Source: Gammaproteobacteria bacterium (GTDB taxonomy: Bacteria > Pseudomonadota > Gammaproteobacteria > S012-40). From it: a DNA stretch of 49,534 bases. The notes beneath the pieces were generated by a model. It was not told the origin of the DNA. It was given only the letters and a program-made list of their open reading frames with translations, and did no database searches. Position numbers and translations under genes: made by a program. Below, piece by piece: positions 27,999 through 37,400 of this stretch (position 1 is its first letter; each line of letters begins with the position of its first letter). The stretch lies in contig JAOUJM010000009.1 in NCBI GenBank assembly GCA_029883265.1, positions 1 to 49,534 of the forward strand, written 5' to 3'.

Positions 27999-28073
27999 TG
28001 GTCGGCGCACTCGGATTCAAACCGAGAACCTTCTGTATGTAAAACAGATGCTCTGTCATTGAGCTATGCGTCA
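27999..28073 (-). tRNA. tRNA-Val(UAC)
   Basis: Anticodon stem TCTGT/ACAGA loop TTTACAT; D-stem GCTC/GAGC; T-loop TTTGAAT; one acceptor mismatch. Confidence 0.55.
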
Positions 28074-28074
28074 T

Positions 28075-28149
28075 TGGTAGGTCTGATAAGATTTGAACTT
28101 ATATCTTTCGGGTTAAAAGCCCGATGCTTTACCATTAAGCGACAGACCC
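28075..28149 (-). tRNA. tRNA-Lys(UUU)
   Basis: Anticodon stem TCGGG/CCCGA loop CTTTTAA; D-stem GCTT/AAGC; T-arm ATAAG-TTCAAAT-CTTAT; CCA encoded. Confidence 0.7.
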
Positions 28150-28153
28150 AGCG

Positions 28154-28372
28154 TTAGCACATAAATCGCGCAAGCATATACGCTTCATCAAAATGGTTGT
28201 GGTCACGATTACGAATGCCACCATGACGAATGAACCACACCGCATTGTTTGGACTTCCGTACTTTCGTTGCTCGGGAAGATCCATGGATGCAATCAATTG
28301 CTCAAACCGTTGAGTTTGACGGCGTCGCAATAAACCCACGGTGCGTTGTTGTTGATAGTTTAAAACAGGCAT
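28154..28372 (-). CDS. hypothetical small basic protein embedded in tRNA array
   Basis: 72-aa ORF (Arg-rich) occupying the only gap in the tRNA array. Confidence 0.3.
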   Translation of the reverse strand: MPVLNYQQQRTVGLLRRRQTQRFEQLIASMDLPEQRKYGSPNNAVWFIRHGGIRNRDHNHFDEAYMLARFMC

Positions 28373-28407
28373 TACGACGTCTCCTTTTCATTGTGTGATT
28401 AAAAAAA

Positions 28408-28483
28408 TGGTACGCCCTACAGGATTCAAACCTGTGACCCTCCGGTTCGAAGCCGGATGCGCTATTCGCTGCGCCAAGGGCGT
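28408..28483 (-). tRNA. tRNA-Arg(UCG)
   Basis: Perfect acceptor ACGCCCT/AGGGCGT, anticodon stem TCCGG/CCGGA loop CTTCGAA, T-arm ACAGG-TTTGAAT-CCTGT, CCA encoded. Confidence 0.7.
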
Positions 28484-28490
28484 TTTGAAG

Positions 28491-28576
28491 TGGTAGCGCG
28501 GGAGCGATTTGAACGCTCAATCCTCAAAGGCATCTGGGCCTAAACCAGGCGTGTATTCCAGTTCCACCACCGCGCC
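28491..28576 (-). tRNA. tRNA-Leu(UAG), class II
   Basis: 5' GGCGCGGTGGTGGAACTGGAATACAC closely resembles bacterial tRNA-Leu; anticodon loop TTTAGGC; long variable arm; T-arm GAGCG-TTCAAAT-CGCTC; CCA encoded. Confidence 0.7.
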
Positions 28577-28582
28577 AGTGTT

Positions 28583-28658
28583 TGGGGCGACCGACGAGAT
28601 TTGCACTCGTATCGTCCTGGGTCACAACCAGGTGCTTTTCTATTAAGCTAAAGCCGCC
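28583..28658 (-). tRNA. tRNA-His(GUG) with G-1:C73
   Basis: Extra 5' G pairing with discriminator C; anticodon stem CCTGG/CCAGG loop TTGTGAC; D-stem GCTT/AAGC; T-loop TGCAAAT (G at position 55). Confidence 0.65.
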
Positions 28659-28664
28659 AATGTT

Positions 28665-28742
28665 TGGTCGGTGCTGAAGGATTCGAACCTTCGACCCTCT
28701 CGTCCCAAACGAGATGCGCTCATCAGACTGCGCCAAGCCCCG
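28665..28742 (-). tRNA. tRNA-Pro(UGG)
   Basis: Anticodon stem TCTCG/CGAGA loop TTTGGGA; D-stem GCGC; T-arm GAAGG-TTCGAAT-CCTTC; CCA encoded. Confidence 0.65.
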
Positions 28743-28857
28743 TTATAATACGCCAACGTTTTCTAAGCATCATTCTGTTGGCGGTGCAATTGCACTACCA
28801 CGCCTTCTAATCGGAGGTGGTGTTCCGGTGAACAAGCGGTTCACACGCATGTGTCAT

Positions 28858-28933
28858 TGGAGAACCGGACGGGATTCGAACCCGCACCATCCAGGTTGAA
28901 GGCCTGGTCGCTTAACCATTTGCATACCGGTTC
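28858..28933 (-). tRNA. tRNA-Glu(UUC)-like, non-canonical anticodon loop (C at position 33)
   Basis: Perfect acceptor GAACCGG/CCGGTTC; anticodon stem CCAGG/CCTGG loop CCTTCAA; T-arm GCGGG-TTCGAAT-CCCGT; CCA encoded. Confidence 0.5.
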
Positions 28934-28938
28934 ATAAT

Positions 28939-29013
28939 TGGCGGGATGGACGGGAATCAAACCCGCGTCCTCTTGATCGACAATCAAGTGCATGGTCATT
29001 CTGCCACCATCCC
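28939..29013 (-). tRNA. tRNA-Asp(GUC)
   Basis: Perfect acceptor GGGATGG/CCATCCC; anticodon stem CTTGA/TCAAG loop TTGTCGA; T-loop TTTGATT; CCA encoded. Confidence 0.65.
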
Positions 29014-29019
29014 TTGGTT

Positions 29020-29094
29020 TGGCTGCTAGGGTCAGACTCGAACTGACATGCCACGCCTTAACAGGACGTTCACCTACCCATGGTGCACCTAGCA
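29020..29094 (-). tRNA. tRNA-Asn(GUU)
   Basis: Perfect acceptor TGCTAGG/CCTAGCA; D-stem CACC/GGTG; anticodon loop CTGTTAA; T-arm GTCAG-TTCGAGT-CTGAC; CCA encoded. Confidence 0.7.
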
Positions 29095-29100
29095 TCTTTT

Positions 29101-29177
29101 TGGCGCAGCGAGAAGGACTTGCACCTCCACCGCCTTGGGCTTCAACCAAGCGCTCTACTACTTGGAGCTATCGCTGC
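29101..29177 (-). tRNA. tRNA-Phe(GAA)
   Basis: Perfect acceptor GCAGCGA/TCGCTGC; D-stem GCTC/GAGC; anticodon stem CTTGG/CCAAG loop TTGAAGC; T-loop TGCAAGT (G55); CCA encoded. Confidence 0.65.
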
Positions 29178-29436
29178 AAAACTGATTGGCGTTACTGAGA
29201 TCGGGTTCCCCAACCGATACCGGACATTGCGTCTCACGTTTATGAATCAGCATTACTCGTCTTTGATTCTTTTTTGACAGTCGTAATAAAAAATCCTCAA
29301 TAGACTCTGATTCCAACCCAGTGCTGTCACACCGCTCAGTAACATTGAACCTGGAGCTCAAAATCCGATTTGCACGGACATCTACTGATTACAAGTCAGT
29401 TGTTTTGCTTATTAAACTATTTAGGCTTGGTCGTCC

Positions 29437-29531
29437 TGCCTCGAATCGAACGAGGATCATGCGCTAATCGGGCGCTCATCCAAGGTATAAGCTTGGCGTT
29501 TTACCTATTAAACTACAGGACGAAAAATTTT
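29437..29531 (-). tRNA. unusual long-variable-arm tRNA-like gene with anticodon loop CTTATAC (UAU)
   Basis: Perfect acceptor CGTCCTG/CAGGACG, D-stem GTTT/AAAC, anticodon stem CCAAG/CTTGG, 25-nt variable region, T-arm CCTCG-TTCGATT-CGAGG, CCA encoded; 95 nt. Confidence 0.45.
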
Positions 29532-30037
29532 TATGCGGGCAATGATTGCAGCACACACATGGACAAAATCATGATGTGACCGGCGAACCGAGCCCGTAGC
29601 CGTGATGTTTACAACGAAACATCACGAAACACGTTCCTACTTGTTAAAGAGCAACGTTTATCATCGTGGATAAACGTGAGGCAAAAAAAACCTCAATACA
29701 CATCGTTTTATCGATGCCCATCGAGGCTGTGTCGTTCCATCGATGGGCTGTTACTAACCCATCGCATGTGTGCAAAGGGTTAAGTCATAGTGTCATGTAC
29801 AAACCATTCGTTTGTCTCAATACCAGATGCGAGTCGATACAGATCACCGCAATTAAAAATTGTGCAACCATGTGCCGGACAACTCCTGTCTATGATCTGG
29901 GCTATTGGACTTAAAAATATTTGCATGGTGTTCCTTCAAATAAAAAAATCGTGGGCATAAAAAAACCCCGGTTTGCCAACCAGGGTTCCATTATGAATAC
30001 CGTGGAAGGCTCAGCGCCTTCCAACATGAAAGGCATA

Positions 30038-30295
30038 TTAGCTCATCGCATCACCAAATGAGCAATGACGCTGCACATCATCGATTAAATTTCGCGTCTC
30101 AAATAAGGCGATCATGGCTTCGTGTCCACTGAGGGGCTCAGGAAGCAGATAGGTGTTTAATGGGTGCGTTGCGTTTAACATGGCGCTTAGTATAGTTTGC
30201 AATTTCAAGATTGCAAGACTTTTTTTCAAGTTTCTTGTAAACTGTGACCCACGCCCAATTCTTGAGTGACACACCATGACAAACAAAAACCCCAC
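30038..30295 (-). CDS. hypothetical small protein divergent from repressor gene
   Basis: 85-aa ORF; position analogous to cro-side of a lysogeny-type switch but no HTH recognised. Confidence 0.2.
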   Translation of the reverse strand: MGFLFVMVCHSRIGRGSQFTRNLKKSLAILKLQTILSAMLNATHPLNTYLLPEPLSGHEAMIALFETRNLIDDVQRHCSFGDAMS

Positions 30296-30869
30296 GGCAT
30301 TAAAAATTGGTCAACGCATGCGCCAAGCACGACTCATGGCGGGTTATCAAACCGGCGCGGAATTACTCCAGGTCTTAAGCGAATGGGGTCGAGGACGCTT
30401 GGGGAATTATGAAACCGGTGTTTCCATCCCCTCACCCGATGACTTACTCTATTTTTGTCAAACCACCGGTGCATCACCCTGCTGGGTGATGTTTGGGATT
30501 GGCCCCATTAAAGCCGACCATCGCGACATTCAAGCCATCCGTCATCAAAACCTAGAATACTGCGTCAATCAGTTTAAACAACAACGCAAACTCAATCGTT
30601 ATCTGAAAGGCATAGGCATGGCACGTCCCAAGCTCGATCAACTGCTCGATAATCCCTTTGCTACCATTAACGATCGCATCGCACGAAAAACAGAAGTCTT
30701 TCTTAAAAAGAATCAAGGTTGGATGGACGAACAACACGTCGAAAGCGACCCCATCTGCATGGCCTTCCCCGACGAACTCCGTGAACTCATGAGTATTTAT
30801 TCAGAAATGGATGCCCCGAACCGGGCAAAATTATTGGATATCGCACGAGTTTTACAACAGACAATATGA
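30276..30869 (+). CDS. CI/XRE-like HTH transcriptional repressor with C-terminal domain
   Basis: N-terminal HTH LKIGQRMRQARLMAGYQTGAELLQVLSEWGRGRLGNYETGVSIPSPDDLLYFCQTTGASPCWVMFG resembles phage-repressor-type XRE domains. Confidence 0.55.
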   Translation: MTNKNPTALKIGQRMRQARLMAGYQTGAELLQVLSEWGRGRLGNYETGVSIPSPDDLLYFCQTTGASPCWVMFGIGPIKADHRDIQAIRHQNLEYCVNQFKQQRKLNRYLKGIGMARPKLDQLLDNPFATINDRIARKTEVFLKKNQGWMDEQHVESDPICMAFPDELRELMSIYSEMDAPNRAKLLDIARVLQQTI

Positions 30870-31072
30870 TTAGTTTTACAGTCAATGCCCATCATAATGA
30901 CTACTATAATAGTCTTTCCATTTGCTGAGTTGGTAAATTGCTTAGTTACTCTCCGCTGCTTCGAATCATAATGTTTAATGAACACGGACTTATGATTTTT
31001 CATCAGGCTTTAGAAACACCGCTGCCATTGTATACAGAGAAACGATTTTTTATACGGCTGTCCATTTATTCA

Positions 31073-31609
31073 TTAAAAAGCCAAAAACGCAAAACTCCAA
31101 CTTATACCTTTTTGACTTGAAGAGCTATTCGTTAGATTTGGGAATACCCATTTTTGCATCGTCTCAAGTGAGATACGATAATGTTCCCAGAGTCTGATAT
31201 CGATGCCTACGGCTACAAAATTGGCATAGGTTAAAAACGCGTCTTCTCGACCCAATGACGCATAAGGTACTATACCCCAACAGCAGGTTTTTGATTGTAT
31301 CCCTAATTTCGAGTAGGAATAGTCAATCGAATGTCGACCTACTAATTGTGAATAGATATTGAGAAAAATATTGTTTGCATAAGGCAAACGAATGCGAATT
31401 TTTGAATTTGTGTTCACATAGGTAAAGTCCAAGCTAACACCGACTAGCGTGTTGAAACGTACGATACTGGATTCCATTTGTAATTGCGGAAAGCTATTTT
31501 TTTGTGTGTAATTATCTGCGATCGCTAAGCACGAAATCTGAAAGAGAATGACTATCGCAATAGGCCTTCCTACATTTTTATAATTCTTTATTTTGCTTAA
31601 CGTATCCAT
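31073..31609 (-). CDS. small outer-membrane beta-barrel protein (hypothetical)
   Basis: Signal-like N-terminus; C-terminal WSFAFLAF with terminal Phe. Confidence 0.4.
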   Translation of the reverse strand: MDTLSKIKNYKNVGRPIAIVILFQISCLAIADNYTQKNSFPQLQMESSIVRFNTLVGVSLDFTYVNTNSKIRIRLPYANNIFLNIYSQLVGRHSIDYSYSKLGIQSKTCCWGIVPYASLGREDAFLTYANFVAVGIDIRLWEHYRISLETMQKWVFPNLTNSSSSQKGISWSFAFLAF

Positions 31610-31612
31610 AGT

Positions 31613-32497
31613 TTAATATTTAAAAATGGATCCAAATTGACTGTCATTACGATCATAAACCATAACGTTGAAATAGTCTGTAATATTCATACCCGAAGCA
31701 TCCGTACACAACTGATAAAACACGAACCAATCTGACGGCAAATAAATTCCAAATTCTTGCTGAAATTCGATGTTTGGTTGCACCACAATGATGTCATTCA
31801 GTGTTGTTTCGGGTATTCCAATGTCTGAGAGACGATAACTGTTGGGAAAAGTAAGATCAGGTGTCTGAAGAATGATCGAGAACCGACGAGCCCCATCTGG
31901 AGAAAAACTCAGTTGATAGCTGCTGGGAACACATGTGAAAAGCGCCTTCTTGTTTTGGCGATTTCCATATACAAGAGCCGCAATGACAGGTTTTCGAGTT
32001 TTTTCGCCGTCGCCTTCCAATACGTTGTTTCTATAGTATTCCAATTTCTGAGTAATGGTACCGTAATGATTAGTCAAACAGCTGGCTACACGCGTGTAAT
32101 CAGAATGTGTCCATTCGGTAGGGTCCAAATAGACATACCAGTAAAGCGAATCAATATCATTATTAGGATGCTTCTGCCAAATATCGCTGAAGACGGTGAA
32201 ATTTGAAGGATCTTCCAAAAGAGACAAATATGACGGCGTGGATTCCACGTGGGCGCGATTTGTTAATTCACTAACAAGCTTGCAATCACTTAGTTGGCAG
32301 ATTGAAAACTCATCCGTTGTTGATGTATTGACAGACCCATTCGATGCACCATAATGAGACTTCATTGTGCGGTTCAAATGAATTGATGTGGTATCACTAC
32401 ATCGGATATCAAATATTTCAAATGCTATCTCTTCTTCGCCACAGGCAACGAGCAGAAGAAAAAAGAATACAATACTAATACGATATACAATTAACAA
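31613..32497 (-). CDS. hypothetical lipoprotein
   Basis: Lipobox IVFFFLLLVACGEEE; adjacent to OMP gene (operon). Confidence 0.45.
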   Translation of the reverse strand: MLIVYRISIVFFFLLLVACGEEEIAFEIFDIRCSDTTSIHLNRTMKSHYGASNGSVNTSTTDEFSICQLSDCKLVSELTNRAHVESTPSYLSLLEDPSNFTVFSDIWQKHPNNDIDSLYWYVYLDPTEWTHSDYTRVASCLTNHYGTITQKLEYYRNNVLEGDGEKTRKPVIAALVYGNRQNKKALFTCVPSSYQLSFSPDGARRFSIILQTPDLTFPNSYRLSDIGIPETTLNDIIVVQPNIEFQQEFGIYLPSDWFVFYQLCTDASGMNITDYFNVMVYDRNDSQFGSIFKY

Positions 32498-32677
32498 ATC
32501 ATCGTCTCAATTCGTAGTAAAGCGTGTATATTGACATATGTATTTGAGTGAAACAGCCTTTAATATCGGAAATCCTAAACAAAATTCTAAATTGATCCAT
32601 TGCTTTTGGGAATTTCACGCAGGATACTAGATATTATAATGGTTTTGTTTTTCTATGTTCAACTGTAGTAGCTCAGA

Positions 32678-33846
32678 CCCGATCTGACAGTTACCCGTTT
32701 TTTAAGATGCCTGTCAGTTTAGATTTGAGCTATATTTTTTTCCACCCAAATCTTTTTCCCGTCAAGTAAAGTTGCTTGGGGTGTTTTCCCAAGACATTTC
32801 TTACCTTGATGGGTTCGTTCATTGTTATAGTATTCGATCCATTCGTCCAGATCTTTTTGCAAGTCCTCCATGGTTGAGTATAGTTTTTTCCGAAATGTAA
32901 TCTGATAAAATTCGTTTAAGATCGTTTTGTGAAAACGTTCGCAGATCCCATTAGTCTGCGGTGACATGGCTTTTGTCTTGGTGTGGTCAATGTCATTAAT
33001 CGCTAAATACAATTGATAATCATGCTGTTCCACGCGACCACAATATTCCGTCCCACGATCCGTCAAGATTCGTAGCATGGGGAGTTTATGGCTTTCAAAA
33101 TACGGCAGGACTTTGTCATTGAGTAAGTCGGCAGCTGTTATCGGTGTCTTCGACGTGTAGAGCTTGGCAAAGGCCACTTTACTATACGTGTCGACAAAAG
33201 TTTGTTGATAGATGCGATCGACTCCCTTGAGGTTGCCGACATAAAAGGTGTCTTGCGACCCCAGATAGCCTGGGTGCTGCGTTTCTATCTCGCCACTGAC
33301 TTCATCATCATGCTTTTTCTTTTCCAATGCAGCGACCTGTGCATCGCTGAGAATGATGCCGTCCTTCGCTACTTTTTCCTCAAGTGCTTTCAGCCGCTTT
33401 TTGAAATTCTCAAGATTGTGACGCAACCAAACGGAACGCACACCACTACCAGAAACAAAAACGCCTTGTTTGCGCAACTCATTGCTAGTGCGGTGTTGGC
33501 CATGGGCAGGCTGCTCAATCGCATAGGTGATGACCGCTTGTTCAACCACCTCGTCAACTCGATTTTTGTGATTTGGGACACGTCGATTCTTGTCAACTAA
33601 AGCGTCGATCCCACCGTCTTCCACGAGCTCTTGATAGCGATAAAACGTGTCCCGAGACACGCCCATTACTTTACAGGCTTTGGAAACATTACCTAATTCT
33701 TCCGCCAAATTGAGTAATCCGGCTTTGTGTTTAATAATAGGATTGTTAGTATGTATCATTGAGAGTTACCTTTTGTTTTGAAATAAAGATTCGACACCTT
33801 TATCAAAACGGGTAACTCTCTTCTTGTCAATTCGAAGTGTCAGATC
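32678..33846 (-). mobile_element. IS481-family insertion sequence
   Basis: Single transposase gene flanked by imperfect IRs gatctgaca...gttacccgtttt (32681-32701) and reverse complement at 33805-33846 (right IR carries a 21-bp insertion). Confidence 0.7.
32719..33759 (-). CDS. IS481-family DDE transposase (rve integrase core)
   Basis: N-terminal HTH (KACKVMGVSRDTFYRYQ), DDE/rve region ILTDRGTEY...NGICERFHKT...YNNERTHQG. Confidence 0.85.
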   Translation of the reverse strand: MIHTNNPIIKHKAGLLNLAEELGNVSKACKVMGVSRDTFYRYQELVEDGGIDALVDKNRRVPNHKNRVDEVVEQAVITYAIEQPAHGQHRTSNELRKQGVFVSGSGVRSVWLRHNLENFKKRLKALEEKVAKDGIILSDAQVAALEKKKHDDEVSGEIETQHPGYLGSQDTFYVGNLKGVDRIYQQTFVDTYSKVAFAKLYTSKTPITAADLLNDKVLPYFESHKLPMLRILTDRGTEYCGRVEQHDYQLYLAINDIDHTKTKAMSPQTNGICERFHKTILNEFYQITFRKKLYSTMEDLQKDLDEWIEYYNNERTHQGKKCLGKTPQATLLDGKKIWVEKNIAQI

Positions 33847-34495
33847 AAGTCGGAACTAATTCAGTTCAACAGAAAAAAAAGCTAATAATCTGGGATAATA
33901 ATTGTAGTGGCGAAAATCAATAATCTGCGCCTGCTCGTCCAATGATAGTGCATCTTTTGAATTGTATGATCAAAAATTTGCACAAATGAACTGCACCCAT
34001 TTACTTGTAGTTTAACGTGTTTTTCTCCGTCCGAGAAAAGGAGTATAGTTCAGATTGTTTTGAATAAATTAGCTTGAATAGTTTTTTGTCAAAATTTACC
34101 GAATCCTGTAAAAGTATCGAAAATATTTTTTAACTTTTATTACTAACATAGCTCACGAAGTGTTGCTTTTTATAGCAATAGCGCATGAAAAAATAATTAT
34201 ACAATTGCAGTTAGAACAAATAGAAAACCAGCTCTGCGGTTAGTAATTAGCAAGTTGATTCTGAGCTCTTTCTTTGCCAAACATTTTTTTTGATTCAATG
34301 TATCTTGCTGCAATCTGAGGGTTGCTCGAAATTCATGCAAAATTCGCCAATAAGTAACGTAAGGGAGTCATTCTAAATGTAGTTTTCCAGCAAAATATTT
34401 CTAATCATGTTTGCTGTTAACATAAACGCCTCATCACTAGGTCCAGTAAGTTTTGTGCGATCTTAACGGGTCACGTTGGAATCCCGCGCAACCCT

Positions 34496-37400
34496 CCTCT
34501 AAATCGTTGGGGACCCTACTTTGGGGTGCTAGGGACATATCGTCCGCACGTAACAATTATCGCTACAGCCCCTGTCACATATAGAGTCTAGAGGGGCTTC
34601 AATTTCAAAAATTTCAATACCGTCGTTTACTTTAAGGTATTATTGGGCCTTTTGGACAATTTATGGCCTTCAAAGAACGGCTCACCATTCTTCTCGAACC
34701 CAAAATCAGGGATCTTTACCGTGTCCCGGTATTATCACTTGAGCAAAAACGAGTGTGTTTTGCATTAAACGATCTCGAACTGACTTGCATAGCAACCATA
34801 AGAGACAGAAATCAAAAGTGTTTTGCGATTGCACTCCTTGGATACTTCAAGGTAAAACCAATTACACTTAATCCCCGGTTTGGTGATGTGCAATCTGATC
34901 TATTTTTCATTGCAAAGGAATATTTTCCCAAGTTTAGTGTTCCGCGTTTTAGTGTAAATCGAATGCAGAGAGTGCGGCTATATCAAAAAGTTCTCGATGT
35001 ATTGGGTTTCAAAAACTGGGCTACTTCCAATGAACTCGAATTATTTAAGCATTTGAAATCAATTGCCAACTCTTGCATTGAACCACGTTATCTTTTCGAT
35101 GCTGGTATTGAATACCTTGCTCAAAAACATATTGCTAGCCCAAAATATACCGTACTTCAACAGATAATCAGTAAAGTAATTACTGCTGAGAAACAGCAAA
35201 TCGACACGATGCTAAAAACAGTAATGCCCCCTAGTTTATCGACTGCACTGAATGAGCAGATCTTTAGTGATACGTCGACCACTTTACGTGATGTTCGTCG
35301 GTCAGCCAAAAGCTTTACACCGGCAGAGCTGGAAAAAGAACTCAAAACTTATGATCATATTTGTTCATGGGTGGACGATATTGACCTGATTAGTGGGCAA
35401 CTAAATCTATCAATTAAGAATCAGCAACACTTTGCATCCATGGTTGATTATTACACTTTAACCAAGCTAAAGCGCTTTGATCGCGGGACTCAACAACTTT
35501 ATTTGATTTGCTATTTGCAGGAGCGACATCAACTTATCGTAGAACACCTGGCTGATGGTTTTATCTATCATACTCGTAAGCTCTGTGAGCAAGCCAAAAT
35601 TTATGCAAAAGAAACAGCCTACCTGGATTGGCAAGGTGCGGCTTCGAATGTGGGTAAAGCTGCAGATCTGTTACGCTTCTTTATCGATGATGATATTGAC
35701 GGCACACTGCCTTTTGAAACCGTGCGGGAGCAAGCTCAAGATTTATTAAAAGCGAGGGACATTGAATCATTGTGCCTGTATTTATCAAAACAAAAACGAG
35801 CCTTGGATGATTATGTTTGGGAATACTATGATCAGAAGACGGATCTAATTGAACGTCTATTACGACCGATTTTTTTATCTTTGGAATTCCAAGCATCAAC
35901 AACAACTCAAACCTTAGCATCACAAATTGCAGTATCCCAACGGGAACTCCAAACCTCACAATCACTCCTTACTTTCGATCGTCGATTGATACGCCCAAAA
36001 CAGCAGCCATATGTAGTGATTGATAATAGTGTCAATGAAAACCGATTTGAAATCCTGCTATATCTTATGGTGCAAAGTAAGCTAGACGGTCAGCTCTACA
36101 TACCGAACGCCATAAAATATCGCGCACTGCAGGATGATCTGATCAGTGACGAGGTATGGAAAGGCAAGAAAAAACTGATTAAAAACTCGATGCTGCCGCG
36201 CATCGATACTGCACCCAAAAAACTCATGGGCACGATGAACAAGACGCTCTCAAAAAAGCTAAATGATGTCAGCGAACGGATTGAGAATGGTGATAATGAG
36301 AATGTCATCTTGCGCAACCGAAGCGGCAAGACTCAATGGCGACTACCCTCGACGGGCGCAAAAAGCATGCTCAATAATCCATTTTTTGAACAATTGAAAC
36401 CAGTCAACATTGCCGACCTATTGCGACTTATAGATAAAGAAACTGGCTACCTAGCATGTTTTGAACACGTGCGACAAATTCAGACTGATCAGCGTTTTTA
36501 TGTAAATGACTTGCTAGCCGCTATAATCGGTAACGGAACCAATTACGGTATTTATGGCATGGCCAGTATTTCAGATCGCAGTTATGAACAGCTGCGAACA
36601 ACCCAAGCTAACTACCTCCGTCCTGAAACGCTTAATCAAGCGAACGACACCATTAATAATGGCATCGCTAATCTTGAAATCTTCAAGCACTACAATATTC
36701 AAGAAGGCTTGGTCCACGCCAGTGCTGATGGCCAAAAGTTTGAGTCGCGCTTAGAAACGTTTAAAACGCGATACTCATCGAAGTACTTCGGCACCAACAA
36801 AGGCGTTTCCGCACTGACACTCATAGCCAACCATGCGGCTCTGAATGCAAGAGTGACTGGATCGAACGAACATGAACCTCACTACATCTTTGACTTGCTT
36901 TATAACAACACATCTGAGATCAAACCAGACGTTTTATCGACAGATACGCACGGCGTAAACCATGTGAACTTTGCACTCTTAGATCTGTTTGGATACACCT
37001 TTGCTCCAAGGTATGCGCAATTTGGTAAAGTGATTGAAGATATGTTTGTCATCAATGAGAAAGACAATCAGAAACCAATGCTGTCACTAAAAAAACCAAT
37101 CAATACTCAGCTGATCGAGCAAGAATGGGAAACGATCCAACGAATCATCATTTCTTTACAACGAAAAACAATGACACAAGCAACGCTAGTGCGGAAACTT
37201 TCAGGTTACAGTAAAAATCATCCTTTACTACAGGCATTAACGGAATACAATCGGATGATCAAAGCCATGTACATCCTGGATTATATCGATGATGCTAGCT
37301 TGCGAAGGTATGTGCAACGCGCACTGAATCGTGGAGAAGCCTATCACCAACTACGCCGTGCGATTGCTTCAGTAAATGGAAACCGATTCAGAGGCTCATC

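Noticed and set aside
28743-28857. Possible additional tRNA between Pro and Glu genes (contains 12-nt palindrome gtgcaattgcac)
   Set aside because: No T-arm/acceptor combination could be folded; left unannotated
29178-29436. Possible tRNA in gap between Phe gene and the long-variable-arm gene (atcgggttccccaaccgat hairpin)
   Set aside because: Hairpin has 9-nt loop and no matching acceptor or anticodon arms
27356-29579. Many 60-100-aa ORFs on both strands across the tRNA array
   Set aside because: Span tightly packed tRNA genes; stop-free stretches arise from GC-rich tRNA sequence; only the 28154-28372 ORF sits in a tRNA-free gap
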